A stretch of DNA of 64,000 nt from Leptolyngbyaceae cyanobacterium (GCA_965263355.1 CBDHHL010000032.1:3328001-3392000); one strand, 5' to 3'. Shown: positions 42,563-54,152, counted from the stretch's first letter. Notes: generated from the letters alone by a model not told the origin. Made by a program: numbers and translations.

Positions 42563-43366
42563 GTGGACGCTACATTTAAAGGAATCATTCGGCTATCAAA
42601 ACGGGAAATTGAGCAGATGCGTAAAGCTTGCCATCTGGCAGCGCATCTCTTGGATCACCTGGAGCCAATGGTTAAACCCGGTGTTAGCACCCTAGAGCTA
42701 AATGACGAAGCTGAGCGCTGGACCAAGGGTCATGGTGCAAAGAGCGCTCCCCTTGGATACCCAGGTGGGGAAGGGGTGGCCCCGTTTCCCAAATCCATCT
42801 GTACCAGCGTTAACGAAGTCGTTTGCCATGGGATCCCCAATGCCAAACAAATTTTGCGAGATGGTGACATTATCAATATTGATGTCACACCTATTTTGAA
42901 TGGTTACCATGGAGATACATCTCGAACCTTTTTAGTTGGCGATGTATCCCCTCAAGCCCGCAGATTGGTTGAGGTTACCCAAGAAAGCATGTATCGAGGC
43001 ATTCAAGCTGTAAAACCTGGTGCCCGTATTGGTGATATTGGAGCAGCAATCCAAACCTATGCCGAAGCAGAAGGGTTTTCTGTGGTGCGTGATTTTGTGG
43101 GTCATGGTGTTCACCGCATCTTCCACACCGAACCTCAAATTCCCCACTATGGGACAGCAGGCAAAGGAAAAAAGCTTGCGTCCGGTATGGTATTCACCAT
43201 CGAGCCCATGATTAATATCGGCACCTATGAAGTGGAGCTACTGGAAGATGGCTGGACAGCCATAACGAAAGACCGAAAACTGACTGCTCAGTTTGAACAT
43301 ACGGTGGTGGTGACTAAAGAGGGGGTAGACATTTTAACTAAAGCACCTGTCGCAGCAGCGGTTTAA
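42563..43366 (+). CDS. map: Type I methionine aminopeptidase
   Basis: CTSVNEVVCHGIP, DGDIINIDVT, GHG, FTIEPM, AQFEHT. Confidence 0.97.
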   Translation: MDATFKGIIRLSKREIEQMRKACHLAAHLLDHLEPMVKPGVSTLELNDEAERWTKGHGAKSAPLGYPGGEGVAPFPKSICTSVNEVVCHGIPNAKQILRDGDIINIDVTPILNGYHGDTSRTFLVGDVSPQARRLVEVTQESMYRGIQAVKPGARIGDIGAAIQTYAEAEGFSVVRDFVGHGVHRIFHTEPQIPHYGTAGKGKKLASGMVFTIEPMINIGTYEVELLEDGWTAITKDRKLTAQFEHTVVVTKEGVDILTKAPVAAAV

Positions 43367-43393
43367 GCTACTGCAAATCATACGCTCAAACCC

Positions 43394-43939
43394 ATGCATA
43401 AAATCCAATATCTATTTATGCTGGTGCTAATAACAGCCTGCGCAGCATCTCCGGATGCTAACGTTGAGCTTACCTCTGCACCTACTCCTGTTCCTGAGAC
43501 AGTTTCCGAACCCGTGGTTGAACCGCTCTCCACAAATCCTACCAATGCCAGTGGTCTGCCTGTAGCTGACTTAGTATCGGTGGCCTTCACTGGTGAAGCA
43601 AACAACTATACTTTTGCAGTCACAATTAGTAGTGCTGATACAGGTTGTGAGCAATATGCCAACTGGTGGGAAGTCGTTGATACCCAAACTGGTGAGTTAC
43701 TCTACCGTCGGATCTTGGCCCATAGCCATGTGAATGAACAACCATTTACCCGTAGTGGTGGCCCCATCCCTATTGAACCAGACCAAACTGTGATCATCAG
43801 GGCACATATGGGCGGTATTCAAAGCCACTATGGTGGCCAGGTTTTTGGAGGAAGCGTAGCGACTGGGTTTCAACCTGTTGTAGATGCGTTACCAGGCTTA
43901 GAAACTATTGAACCTTTACCCAAAGGATGCGCTTTTTAA
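43394..43939 (+). CDS. Hypothetical lipoprotein
   Basis: LITAC lipobox; DTGCEQYANWWEV, RILAHSHVNEQPFTRSG, RAHM. Confidence 0.8.
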   Translation: MHKIQYLFMLVLITACAASPDANVELTSAPTPVPETVSEPVVEPLSTNPTNASGLPVADLVSVAFTGEANNYTFAVTISSADTGCEQYANWWEVVDTQTGELLYRRILAHSHVNEQPFTRSGGPIPIEPDQTVIIRAHMGGIQSHYGGQVFGGSVATGFQPVVDALPGLETIEPLPKGCAF

Positions 43940-43943
43940 GCCA

Positions 43944-44009
43944 TGTCCACGTCCAGAACTGTTTTTTCTGTAGAAGACCCCAGACAGAGTTCTAACTTGG
44001 ATTTGGTTA
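43944..44009 (+). repeat. Dispersed ~65-bp element, copy 4
   Basis: TGTCCACGTCCAGAACTGTTTTTTCTGTAGAAGA..AACTTGGATTTGGTTA. Confidence 0.75.
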
Positions 44010-44199
44010 AGGGTTGAAGACTGAATCTTGCAATCGGAGACTGGTTAGTTTTAGATACAATACTATTGCACTTTTTTGTTACTAAAGGTTCTCTTTATTA
44101 CACTTTAAGTTCTCTTTTCTTACAAATGTTGGAATTAAAATCGCTTAAGATTTCGGAGCATGGAAGGCATTTTAATCTGACAAAGATACGGAACTAACG

Positions 44200-44946
44200 A
44201 TGCTGCTTCAAAATCGCGTTGCTCTCATTACAGCAGGAGACTGTCGAGTGGGACGTCGCGTGGCTAGCGTATTAGCACGTCATGGGGCTCAATTAATTCT
44301 TTGTGGCCGTGACCAAAATAAGGGAACTAGGCTAGTTCATCGGTTAAAACATGAAGGAGCTAAAGCTAAGTTCTATCTTGTAGATGTGGTCACCCCCAAT
44401 GATGTCAAATCAGCCATTAAAGACGCAGTAGCCACATTTGGTCGTATCGATATTTTGTGTAACAACGCTAGCTTTAATCTTTTAGGCAATGATGCCTCTA
44501 TACTCGATCTCACAACTGAGTCATGGGAGCACATTGTCAGTCTTAGTTTGCAAGGGGCCTTTCTGTTTAGTCAATATGCTTTACCATTTTTGAGTCGTTC
44601 GCCCACAGGTTCCATTATTAATATCGTGCCCTATCCCCACAAAGGGATGCACGTAGTAGAAGGGACTAGCCGGGGCTGGATGATAGCGATGACCCGTGAT
44701 ATTGCCGAGGGAACTCACGAGTCAGGCGTACGAGCCAATTTGATATGGCCCCATGTAGCCGTGAGTGGCGCAACGCTATCGAGCTATCAAGCCGCTCTTG
44801 CCAATCGGGTATTTCACATGCATAAACGGGATAAAAATGCGGCTCGGGCTATTGCCCGAGCAACTCTATATTTAGCCTGTGATCAGTCTGTAGATCTAAC
44901 TGGAGCAATGATCGTGGTTGACGCTGACTATTCACAATGGGCGTAA
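44200..44946 (+). CDS. Atypical SDR-family oxidoreductase
   Basis: RVALITAG, GRIDILCNNA, GVRAN; YxxxK not present. Confidence 0.8.
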   Translation: MLLQNRVALITAGDCRVGRRVASVLARHGAQLILCGRDQNKGTRLVHRLKHEGAKAKFYLVDVVTPNDVKSAIKDAVATFGRIDILCNNASFNLLGNDASILDLTTESWEHIVSLSLQGAFLFSQYALPFLSRSPTGSIINIVPYPHKGMHVVEGTSRGWMIAMTRDIAEGTHESGVRANLIWPHVAVSGATLSSYQAALANRVFHMHKRDKNAARAIARATLYLACDQSVDLTGAMIVVDADYSQWA

Positions 44947-44988
44947 AACCAATTGTATAGGGACGTTCCATGACACATTCCTATACGA

Positions 44989-45576
44989 TTAGGCAGCAAG
45001 GTCAGCTTGAATTTCCAGTTCTCCTAGCCAAACCTGGGTGAGGAGGTCAACACCGGTTTCACTTAGAAAAATGTCCTCTCCCTCATATTCAATGTCTTCA
45101 GTAGAACCACCAGCTGCTATCACCAGGTCTTCTATCCACACATAACAAGGAGTCAAAGGGGGCAACTTCAGCAACTGATCCAATTGTTGATAGATGCCAG
45201 CTGGCAAATCTCGCTGTACTAATTGGTACAGCGAGATTCCAGTACGCTGCTCTACTCCACCTAAAACTTGATGTACATAACAAACAGCTTCATTGGTAGG
45301 TAATTGCTTTAAGCGTTGCTGCAATCGCTGCAAGACAACAGCCACAAAATCAACCCCCAGATGCTGATTCAGGGTTTGGACAGGCCCGTCTAAATCCCGT
45401 TCAACTACGCTAGAGATTTCATGCCAGGCAATGTGGGGAAATGCATTTTGTAGCAAAATAAACCCCCGCTCACTGATATGACAGGTTCCTTGACCGAGGT
45501 CATAGGAAAAGTCTTCTCCCGGTTGAGCACCTGCTTCAACCAACATGCGAAATAGTTGAACGTTATCAGATTGCAT
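44989..45576 (-). CDS. Hypothetical protein
   Basis: 195-aa ORF, LVEAGAQPGEDFS. Confidence 0.7.
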   Translation of the reverse strand: MQSDNVQLFRMLVEAGAQPGEDFSYDLGQGTCHISERGFILLQNAFPHIAWHEISSVVERDLDGPVQTLNQHLGVDFVAVVLQRLQQRLKQLPTNEAVCYVHQVLGGVEQRTGISLYQLVQRDLPAGIYQQLDQLLKLPPLTPCYVWIEDLVIAAGGSTEDIEYEGEDIFLSETGVDLLTQVWLGELEIQADLAA

Positions 45577-45737
45577 AATACGTGCAGTTAGAGATGAGTT
45601 CTATAGCTTTTTTAATATTTTGCTCCCTATCAAGCTAGCGACTGGCCATATTAATTGGTGTATATCTCAGTACAGAATGCTTAATTAGACTATAAAATCA
45701 AGCCAAACATCAGAAAAATTAGACAAGGTTTAGGACT

Positions 45738-45800
45738 TAAACCACGACCAAGTTGAAAGCTGTAGTCTTCTAAGGAAAAACGACCGACCTGGACGTGACA
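45738..45800 (-). repeat. Dispersed ~65-bp element, copy 5
   Basis: TAAACCACGACCAAGTTGAAAGCTGTAG..GGAAAAACGACC..CCTGGACGTGACA, reverse complement of the copy 3 type. Confidence 0.8.
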
Positions 45801-45974
45801 AGGTTTATACATCAACTGGGGTGCTGATTAATCCATATACCTGAAGGCAGTTCTGGAATACGTGTACTCCTTTTTAGGAATACCTTTTGACCATGCTTCG
45901 CTACACAAACACTTACTGACACGATAAGCGAACTAAATCAAAGTCACTTCACCCACAGGGGTTAAATTGCCATC

Positions 45975-46901
45975 CTATGACTGCTCTCGATAGGCGGCAT
46001 AAACAGCGTTAACGTTATACCAGTTCAAAAAGATTCGGGCAACTTCTAACGAAATCTGGGGGCGGCCTTGATCAATCAACCATTGTAGTAAGGGTTTGAG
46101 GGTACGCTCATTTAGTAGACCACCGAGGGAGAGCAGTCCCCATAAAAGCCGATGTAACCAGGTCATCTGGATCATCATGCGTACATCGAGGGTAGGGTGT
46201 TTTTGATAAAACACGACTCCCATGCGGGCTCGCTGAATTTCTACATCAATTAAGCGGGGCAGGTCATCAAGGCTAAAGGGGGGATGCCAGTGATAACCAA
46301 CAGCAGCGGGACACTTGACCAAAGTCAGACCCAGCTTTTTAAGGCGTACGCCTAATTCTAGATCTTCCCAACCATATTGGGTGAATTGTGTATCAAATAA
46401 ACCTGCCTCGATCAGCCAGTGTTTGGCGATCGCAACATTCCCCGTGGCAAAAAATGCTTGGGAATAATCGGTCACCTTAAACGGCTCGGATGTGGGCTCC
46501 TCAAAATTGCAGGTATTGACGACCCGACCGTAGGTAAATACCCGGTCATTTCCCTGGTTAACGTAATGCTGGGTGAGGGCATCGGCATGGTGCTGCAAAA
46601 ACCCATCGAGCACGACTAAATCACTGTCAATAAAAATGATCGTATCACCGGTCGCTTTTTCTATCCCGAGGTTACGGGCAACTGCTGCGCCTTTATGGTC
46701 CTGCTGATAAAGTTCTACATGAAGAAAATTCTCTGTCTGCAGCCACTCTACGGTGCCATCGGTAGACCCATCATCTACCACTACAATTTCATAGCCCTCA
46801 ACCTGGGTGTCGGACCGGAGAATCTGTTGCTCCATAGCCCGTAAACACTTTTCTAGGATTGGTTTGCGGTTATAGGTAGGAATAACAACGCTGAAATACA
46901 T
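45975..46901 (-). CDS. Glycosyltransferase family 2
   Basis: SVVIPTYNR, VDDGSTDGT, FIDSD, YGWEDLE. Confidence 0.92.
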   Translation of the reverse strand: MYFSVVIPTYNRKPILEKCLRAMEQQILRSDTQVEGYEIVVVDDGSTDGTVEWLQTENFLHVELYQQDHKGAAVARNLGIEKATGDTIIFIDSDLVVLDGFLQHHADALTQHYVNQGNDRVFTYGRVVNTCNFEEPTSEPFKVTDYSQAFFATGNVAIAKHWLIEAGLFDTQFTQYGWEDLELGVRLKKLGLTLVKCPAAVGYHWHPPFSLDDLPRLIDVEIQRARMGVVFYQKHPTLDVRMMIQMTWLHRLLWGLLSLGGLLNERTLKPLLQWLIDQGRPQISLEVARIFLNWYNVNAVYAAYREQS

Positions 46902-47027
46902 GAATAGATAGAAATGTGCAGGGACTTCTATAATAGCGGTCTGGCTAAACAATCTTGGGAATAGCTATGTTCTCGCTTCAATACCTGCCGTACTATATAG
47001 GTTTGTAGTTTAATCGGAAATCACATT

Positions 47028-48236
47028 ATGGGTCGGGCTGAACGGGTTGTACTTGCCTATTCTGGGGGTGTGGACACAACTGTTTGCATTCCTTATTTGA
47101 AGCATGAATTTGGTGTGAAAGAGGTGATCACGCTGGCGGCGGATCTAGGTCAAGGCGAGGAACTCGGCCCAATTCAGAAAAAGGCACTGGATGCTGGGGT
47201 GATGGAATCGCTAGTGGCGGATGTAACGGAAACGTTTGTGACTGACTATGCGTTTCCAGCAATTAAGGCCAATGCGCTGTACGAAGATCGCTACCCGCTA
47301 TCGACATCGTTAGCGCGACCGCTAATTGCTAAGGAGCTAGTAGCCGCAGCGGAAAAGTATGGGGCGGATGCAGTAGCCCATGGCTGTACGGGTAAGGGCA
47401 ATGATCAGGTACGGTTTGATGTTGCGATCGCAGCCCTCAATCCCAATCTCAAAGTCTTAGCCCCCGCCCGCGAATGGGGCATGAGCCGAGAGCAGGCCAT
47501 TGCCTATGGTGAAAAATTTGGTCTCACCTTCCCCGTCAAAAAATCTTCCCCCTATAGTATTGACCGCAATCTACTGGGTCGCAGCATCGAAGCAGGCATC
47601 CTCGAAGACCCCTGGGTTGAACCCCCTGAAGAGGTTTACGACATGACTAAAGCCATTGCCGATACACCAAATGAGCCTGAGTACGTTGAAATCAACTTCG
47701 AAAAAGGAATTCCCGTGGGTCTCAATGGCAATAGCCTGGGTCCCGTAGAGCTGATTAGCCAGCTCAATACCATTGCCGGTAACCATGGTGTGGGTCGCCT
47801 CGACATGCTCGAAAATCGCCTCGTCGGCATCAAGTCTCGTGAGATCTACGAAACCCCTGCCTTGATTACCCTCATCGCCGCTCATCGAGATCTCGAAAGC
47901 CTAACACTCACAGCCGACGTTACCCAATATAAACGCGGCATCGAACAGACCTACAGCGAGTTAGTCTACAACGGTCTCTGGTTTAGTCCCCTGAAAGCGG
48001 CTCTTGACGCCTTTATCGAAAAAACCCAGGAGCAAGTATCCGGTACCATTCGTCTAAAATTATTCAAGGGCAACGCTATTATCGCTGGCCGTAAATCTGA
48101 AAACGCCCTCTACACCGAAGAACTAGCCACCTACGGTGAAAATGACCAGTTTGACCACAAAGCCGCCGAAGGCTTTATCTATGTCTGGGGCCTACCCACC
48201 CGCATCTGGTCCGAGAAAATGCGCTCATCTTCCTAG
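47028..48236 (+). CDS. argG: Argininosuccinate synthase
   Basis: [30 protein letters not shown]. Confidence 0.98.
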   Translation: MGRAERVVLAYSGGVDTTVCIPYLKHEFGVKEVITLAADLGQGEELGPIQKKALDAGVMESLVADVTETFVTDYAFPAIKANALYEDRYPLSTSLARPLIAKELVAAAEKYGADAVAHGCTGKGNDQVRFDVAIAALNPNLKVLAPAREWGMSREQAIAYGEKFGLTFPVKKSSPYSIDRNLLGRSIEAGILEDPWVEPPEEVYDMTKAIADTPNEPEYVEINFEKGIPVGLNGNSLGPVELISQLNTIAGNHGVGRLDMLENRLVGIKSREIYETPALITLIAAHRDLESLTLTADVTQYKRGIEQTYSELVYNGLWFSPLKAALDAFIEKTQEQVSGTIRLKLFKGNAIIAGRKSENALYTEELATYGENDQFDHKAAEGFIYVWGLPTRIWSEKMRSSS

Positions 48237-48317
48237 TAGTCATAACCTGAGGGGCACTCCCTTGTGGATGCCCCAAAATTCTCCACTCAGGATTTTCTAT
48301 TCTTTAATGCTTGTTGT

Positions 48318-48809
48318 TCAAAGGTTAAACCACCCCGTCATCGCTACTGCCAATGCATCCGCCGCATCGTCTGGACGGGGAATCTTCTCTAACTTCAATT
48401 CTCTCTTAACAGCTTCCTGAACATCTTTTTTATCAGCATTACCATAGCCCGTGAGTGCTTGTTTAATTTGAGCTGGGGTAAACTCCACAAACGGTAGCTG
48501 ATGCTGAGCTAACACCAGCATTACCACCCCTCTTGCCTGGGCCACCAGAATAGTATTGCCCATACGATAAAAAAACAACTTTTCAATAGAAACAGAATTG
48601 GGCTGATAGGTTTCAATAATGCTATTCAAATCATCATAGATAGTGCATAGTCGTGACCCCACCTCTGTGCCTGCTGGAGTTTCAATGATGCCAAAGTCAA
48701 CTACCTCAAGCTCTGGCTTAAGATCTCGGGTGGTCGCTGGATCATATTCAAGAATACCGAATCCTAAAATAGCTAAACCAGGGTCTAATCCCAGGATTCG
48801 TTGACGCAT
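48318..48809 (-). CDS. ruvC: Holliday junction resolvase RuvC
   Basis: [27 protein letters not shown]. Confidence 0.96.
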   Translation of the reverse strand: MRQRILGLDPGLAILGFGILEYDPATTRDLKPELEVVDFGIIETPAGTEVGSRLCTIYDDLNSIIETYQPNSVSIEKLFFYRMGNTILVAQARGVVMLVLAQHQLPFVEFTPAQIKQALTGYGNADKKDVQEAVKRELKLEKIPRPDDAADALAVAMTGWFNL

Positions 48810-49889
48810 TTATCGAGCCCCTACAGGTGTGCGACCGTTAGAAGCAGGGACGGGGATAGTCACCCCAAACACATTACCAAAGGTTTTCTCTACTTTATAA
48901 CCAGAGTCAATGGACTCTAACGGATCTTTCCGTAAACGGTGACGTAAACAAAGGGCAATGACGGTTTGAATATCATCAAGGGTTACTTCAGTACGGCCTT
49001 CGTAGGCAGCTAATGCCTTAGCTGCTCGGTTAGAGACAATATCACCCCGTAAACCATCGACATCTAACTCAGAACAAACTTGAGAAATCTGCACCCGATA
49101 ATCATGATCGATGGTGACATCCTTCAACCGTTGCTGAGCACTCACAATTTTTTCTTGCAGAGCAGTTTGCTTAGCTTGATACTTGGTACGAAACGCATCT
49201 GGGTCTTGATCAAATTCAGAACGCTGTTCAACAATCTGTACCCGCTGGGCCGGATCCTTAACGGTACGAATTTCAGCATGCATACCAAAACGGTCTAAAA
49301 GCTGAGGGCGCAACTCACCTTCTTCAGGATTACCAGACCCAATCAGTACAAACTGCGCTGGGTGACGAATGGAGATACCTTCACGTTCTACCGTATTACG
49401 TCCTGATGCAGCAGAGTCCAAGAGGACGTCGACCAAGTGGTCATCCAGCAAATTGACCTCATCTACATAAAGTAAGCCTCGGTTAGCCTTAGCAAGTAAC
49501 CCTGGCTCAAACGCTTTAACGCCTTCAGACAAGGCCTTTTCAATATCAATCGTGCCACACACCCGATCCTCGGTTGCTCCCAAAGGCAAGTCCACCATCG
49601 GCACCTTTATTTTCCCGTCTGGGATTGCCTGACCTTCGTACTCACGCTTAACCTCAGGATCTTCAGGTGCACGATTAAACGGGTCATTTTCTACCACGCT
49701 GATCTCAGGCAGTAGATCTGCCAAAGCACGAATTGTAGTGGACTTACCAGTACCGCGATCGCCCATGATCATTACTCCGCCGATCTTGGGATCAATGACA
49801 TTCAAGATCAGGGCCAACTTCATATCTTCTTGACCGATTACCGCAGTAAAGGGAAAAACGGCACGTTGGGCAGAGGTAGCAGTACTCAC
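48810..49889 (-). CDS. chlI: Magnesium chelatase ATPase subunit I (start approximate, GTG 49889)
   Basis: [43 protein letters not shown]. Confidence 0.96.
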   Translation of the reverse strand: MSTATSAQRAVFPFTAVIGQEDMKLALILNVIDPKIGGVMIMGDRGTGKSTTIRALADLLPEISVVENDPFNRAPEDPEVKREYEGQAIPDGKIKVPMVDLPLGATEDRVCGTIDIEKALSEGVKAFEPGLLAKANRGLLYVDEVNLLDDHLVDVLLDSAASGRNTVEREGISIRHPAQFVLIGSGNPEEGELRPQLLDRFGMHAEIRTVKDPAQRVQIVEQRSEFDQDPDAFRTKYQAKQTALQEKIVSAQQRLKDVTIDHDYRVQISQVCSELDVDGLRGDIVSNRAAKALAAYEGRTEVTLDDIQTVIALCLRHRLRKDPLESIDSGYKVEKTFGNVFGVTIPVPASNGRTPVGAR

Positions 49890-50046
49890 AGGGCTTTCTA
49901 AACGCAAGGTATTTTAACGACTAGCTCTAATTGTGCCACAGTGCGGCTCGCCTACCGCTGTCATTCAGGTTCTGCTCATTTAGCATTCAGGAGAATAGGT
50001 TACTGTGTCAACAGTTGTGTTTGTCTGCTTCCCATTGTCGCTGGCT

Positions 50047-51030
50047 ATGAGCTTTATTCACATTCGTCCCGACTGGCAACTACCCGAAAAATTAGCTACC
50101 CCAGAAGTCGCTTATTTTAAGCGGCGTCGATTTCTAAAAAGTTTGGCTGGTGTTGGCCTAGGTATTGCGGCCACCAGTTGCACTGGCCGACCTCTGACTG
50201 CACAAGGCGCAGAGGAATTAACCAGCACCTTTGGTGAACCTCTGAATAATTTCACAACGAATCCAGCATTCACAGATGCTGGCAATCCCATCACAAATCA
50301 ACTGTTTGCCAGTCGTTACAACAACTTTTATGAGTTTGGCCTGACTAAAAATATTTGGTCAAATGCTCAAAGACTACCAATAGATCCCTGGAAACTAGAG
50401 GTTTCAGGGCTGGTAAAAAATCCGAAAACCTATGACCTAGACGATCTCTATCAGAAATTTCCGTTAGAAGAAAGAATTTATCGATTTCGCTGTGTTGAAG
50501 CATGGGCCATGGTAGTCCCGTGGCTTGGATTTCCAATGCGCAAAATCATAGAAGATGTAGAACCGACATCGGCAGCCAAATTTGTCCGTTTTGAATCGTT
50601 CTACGACGAAAACATAACTGAAGGACCCGCTATTTCGTTCTCAAATCTACCCTGGCCTTACCATGAAGGACTACGGATTGAAGAAATGGCCAACGATTTG
50701 GCATTCTTTGCCGTAGGTATTTACGGTCGAACTATGCCTAAGCAACATGGTGCCCCTATTCGTATGGTAGTCCCCTGGAAATATGGGTTTAAAGGCGCTA
50801 AGTCCATTGTAAAAATTGAGTTTTTGCAAGAGCAACCTACCACCTATTGGAATACAATTTCGCCAAACGAATATAAATTTGAGGCCAATGTAGAACCTGA
50901 TGTTCCCCACCCCCGTTGGTCTCAAAAACGCGAACGCTTGGTAGGGGAAGGCGAAGCTTGGGATTGGGTCAAGCAAGATACGCTAATTTATAACGGCTAC
51001 GGAGAGCATGTAGCAGATTTGTACGCATAA
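50047..51030 (+). CDS. msrP: Methionine sulfoxide reductase catalytic subunit MsrP
   Basis: Tat motif RRRFLK, YNNFYEFG, RFRCVEAW, PWKYGFK. Confidence 0.93.
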   Translation: MSFIHIRPDWQLPEKLATPEVAYFKRRRFLKSLAGVGLGIAATSCTGRPLTAQGAEELTSTFGEPLNNFTTNPAFTDAGNPITNQLFASRYNNFYEFGLTKNIWSNAQRLPIDPWKLEVSGLVKNPKTYDLDDLYQKFPLEERIYRFRCVEAWAMVVPWLGFPMRKIIEDVEPTSAAKFVRFESFYDENITEGPAISFSNLPWPYHEGLRIEEMANDLAFFAVGIYGRTMPKQHGAPIRMVVPWKYGFKGAKSIVKIEFLQEQPTTYWNTISPNEYKFEANVEPDVPHPRWSQKRERLVGEGEAWDWVKQDTLIYNGYGEHVADLYA

Positions 51031-51045
51031 AGTACGCGATACTAC

Positions 51046-51477
51046 TTACTTACTTAAGAATTTCTGCATCTTGCAATGTAAAATACCGGCTTCTAAAAAT
51101 TCAGGACTGATAGTGGCGTACCCTAGAGACTGGTAAAAAGACACAGCTGTTTGCTGTGCATGACACCATAGGTAAGGCAGTTGATGCTCACAACCAATCA
51201 ATTCAATTTCTTGCATAATTAATCGTCCTAGCCCCTGGCGTCGAAATTTGGTTAGTACAGCTAGACGGCCTATTTTTCCACCCTTGAAAATATCTAAACG
51301 GGCTGTACCTGCGGGACAATCATCAACTAGGAGCAACACATGCTTAGAGCAAGCATCACGGTCATCCATTTCAAGGTCTACAGGTACACCTTGCTCAGCT
51401 ACAAATACGGTTTTACGAATGGTCTGAATAGCAAAATCGTAGGCCGAAAGTTCACAACGCACAATTTCAATCGCCAT
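51046..51477 (-). CDS. GNAT acetyltransferase (ElaA/YjcF-like)
   Basis: IRKTVFVAEQ, KIGRLAV, RRQGLG, FLEAGILH. Confidence 0.9.
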   Translation of the reverse strand: MAIEIVRCELSAYDFAIQTIRKTVFVAEQGVPVDLEMDDRDACSKHVLLLVDDCPAGTARLDIFKGGKIGRLAVLTKFRRQGLGRLIMQEIELIGCEHQLPYLWCHAQQTAVSFYQSLGYATISPEFLEAGILHCKMQKFLSK

Positions 51478-51503
51478 GGCAAGGGCTGAATAGATTTTAA
51501 ATC

Positions 51504-51752
51504 GTGAGTGATAAGGTCACTTTGCCACCATATATGCATATTGCTGACCCCGACTATATCAATCCCGTCTTTTCATTTCCTTACCAAGGGGTGACGATTC
51601 AGATTACTAGTGGCACATACCTAGGCACAAAAATCTACACCGCTTGGATTGACTATGCTACTGGCAGTGCCGTGGCTGTACCAAAAGCCTACAGCCGTGG
51701 TGAAGCAATCAGACGGGCCAAGCAATGGGTGCTGAAAAAGTTTAAGTTCTAA
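51504..51752 (+). CDS. Small hypothetical protein
   Basis: GSAVAVPKAYSRGEAIRRAKQW. Confidence 0.55.
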   Translation: MSDKVTLPPYMHIADPDYINPVFSFPYQGVTIQITSGTYLGTKIYTAWIDYATGSAVAVPKAYSRGEAIRRAKQWVLKKFKF

Positions 51753-51855
51753 GTTAACGCAGGCTAAAGCCAACATAACCATGTTTGAACCTCTTGTAGT
51801 ACCAGCTTTCCCGTCAATTATTGGTCAGGGCCAGCTGACTCCTGCCATCATTGCT

Positions 51856-52251
51856 TTAGTCCATAGGCTCCTCAGAACCTACATCCCGAATAGAAGAAGC
51901 ATCTTCTTTTTTGTCCGGAATAAATAATTTTTCCAGGCGTTCTTTAGACCAACTTTCACTGACAAATGATACGGCGCTAATTTCTTCTAAGCGTACGAGC
52001 CAAACCGTACGACGAGATACCTCATCATCAGGGTCATCATCTTCGTCAGGCTCGTAAACGTGGACGTAAACTATCTCAACACAAGTGTCATCCAAGTAAA
52101 CGGGAACACCGCTCAAACCACCCCAAGGCAGTCGAACCTGAACCTCTGTCCCTTCTTGCATAGCCTCATCTAACCGCTGATGTAGACGGCCAGAGTAAGA
52201 CTGCTTCTTATTATCCCCAACGAGGTACGGTACTTGCCGATTAGTAGTCAT
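51856..52251 (-). CDS. Hypothetical protein
   Basis: 131-aa acidic ORF, WLVRLEEISAVS. Confidence 0.65.
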   Translation of the reverse strand: MTTNRQVPYLVGDNKKQSYSGRLHQRLDEAMQEGTEVQVRLPWGGLSGVPVYLDDTCVEIVYVHVYEPDEDDDPDDEVSRRTVWLVRLEEISAVSFVSESWSKERLEKLFIPDKKEDASSIRDVGSEEPMD

Positions 52252-53010
52252 GGCGATCCCTGTCAGCTAATGAACAAACTTCAAAAATTAATGACACATT
52301 AGAGTTTAGCTTTGGCTAATGTGCTCAAGCTGCAGCTATTAACTGCTTATATTTCGCTATGAGTACGGGCGATAACGATTGAGCCCTTTTCTGAAGACCC
52401 CTATACCAGATATTTGGTTTCTTCAGTTAGCCACAGCGACAAACATAGCCTCTAAATGTTCCTCAGCATTAAACTTAACGAAATCATCCCGTACTTTTAG
52501 GTTAGCCAGTGGGCCTGGACATGACAGTAAGTATTTCTGCACATCGTTAATATCGGCCATGGCATCTATCCGAATGCAGCAGGATATATATCAGATACAA
52601 GAATGATGTAGATTTTTCGCAAATTAGCTGATGCTTTTTAAGACTATTGATCTTGATTTAATTAGGCTTGATAGATATGGGCAACAATCTTTTAAAGTCA
52701 ATATTGCCTAAAAAAAGTCTTTTTAGCTATGTTATTACTCGCAGTTTTTTCTAATTAGCAGACTATTTCTCATTATCAATGCTTCGATACAAGCATACGG
52801 AACGTAACGAGAGAATTAGTTTTATTTAAGTAAATATCAAATTATTTTTGCTGCCATCAGGGTAACTGCATATCACCTTTCCTGACATCTGTCAAGGTCA
52901 AGTAACTGAGTGCTAGTCTGGGCGAAGTTATACTGAGAAAGCATTACTTCTGCGTCAGACGAATATCGGAAAAGAACGTACACTCAAGCTTGAAACTCCT
53001 TTTTTATCAA

Positions 53011-53046
53011 ATACTACGTTTGTAGTATGTTTTGAGTGTAGTATAT
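53011..53046. promoter_or_regulatory. Palindromic operator upstream of the RHH regulator
   Basis: ATACTAC-GTTT-GTAGTAT (53011-53028) plus a third GTAGTAT half-site at ~53038. Confidence 0.5.
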
Positions 53047-53076
53047 TTTAGATGTCCACCTATTGCAAAATTATTA

Positions 53077-53418
53077 ATGAGCCTGAACACTAAGCTGCCC
53101 ACTACTGATATGCAAGTCACTAGCATCCGTTTTGAACGGGAGTTGATTGACAAACTCAAAACCCTGGCAGGCAGTCGTGGCTATCAATCACTGGTACGGG
53201 AGGTACTTTGGGATTATGTTCGTCAACATTCGGACGATCCTGGGTTCCAGATACAGCGACAGCAAATTCGAGCAATTATGGCTGCCGAAGCACAACGTCG
53301 TGAACGCTGTGCCTTAACGGGCGTCACCATTGAACCCGAAGAGGAAATGTGGATGGCGTTTACAACAGACCATGAGCTAGTGCCATTAAGTGTCGATAGT
53401 TTGGAAGACGACGACTAG
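53077..53418 (+). CDS. Ribbon-helix-helix (CopG-like) protein
   Basis: TSIRFERELIDKLKTLAG..GYQSLVREVLWDYV. Confidence 0.75.
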   Translation: MSLNTKLPTTDMQVTSIRFERELIDKLKTLAGSRGYQSLVREVLWDYVRQHSDDPGFQIQRQQIRAIMAAEAQRRERCALTGVTIEPEEEMWMAFTTDHELVPLSVDSLEDDD

Positions 53419-53565
53419 GGTAAGGTCTGGCATCCATAGCTTGTACATTAAGCCGCTTTGGACAAGATAGCCTTAGACAGATTTAAGATGGGGAAAAATG
53501 CGACGTTGAAGCAGACAACTTTCCCCCTGTTTGATAGTCTGGCGGCTAGACATTCCAGATAGCTT

Positions 53566-54033
53566 ATGCCTGCTAATCCATGTCCTTGTGGCAGCAACCG
53601 TTCCTACGCGAGTTGCTGTAAACCTTATTTGACGGCGGCTGATGTAGCTCTTACTGCAGAAGCGCTAATGCGATCGCGGTACTCAGCTTATTGCATAGGC
53701 AATGTGGATTACCTCATTGCCACTCGTCATCCATCAAAACGAAAGTTTGATGAGCGTATTAACCTGAAAAAAAGTATCGAAACCACTGCCTGGGAATCGT
53801 TGACCATTATCAGTACATGGCGAGGACACAAAAACGATACAGCTGGTTCTGTAGAATTTGTGGCCGTTTACAGTCAACCAGAATGGGGGCAACTTCACGA
53901 ACGTTCCAGATTCATCAAAGATAATAACCACTGGTTTTACGTTGATGGCAAGATACTGGCACCGATACTACCCAAACGTAATCAGCCTTGCTGGTGTGGT
54001 AGCGGCAAAAAGTTTAAGCACTGCCACGGTTAA
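53566..54033 (+). CDS. ychJ: YchJ-family SEC-C motif protein
   Basis: [37 protein letters not shown]. Confidence 0.9.
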   Translation: MPANPCPCGSNRSYASCCKPYLTAADVALTAEALMRSRYSAYCIGNVDYLIATRHPSKRKFDERINLKKSIETTAWESLTIISTWRGHKNDTAGSVEFVAVYSQPEWGQLHERSRFIKDNNHWFYVDGKILAPILPKRNQPCWCGSGKKFKHCHG

Positions 54034-54152
54034 GCTTCTACTACAAAATGCGTAGCCAATTTACGCACTGGCCCTCACTCAAGGCTAAATTATTTGCGCT
54101 ACGTTAATGTCAGTAAAGGATATCGGCTAATTTATCGGTATACAACAAGGAG

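Noticed and set aside
50047..51030. msrP without adjacent msrQ
   Set aside because: A partner may be encoded elsewhere; cannot be judged from this window
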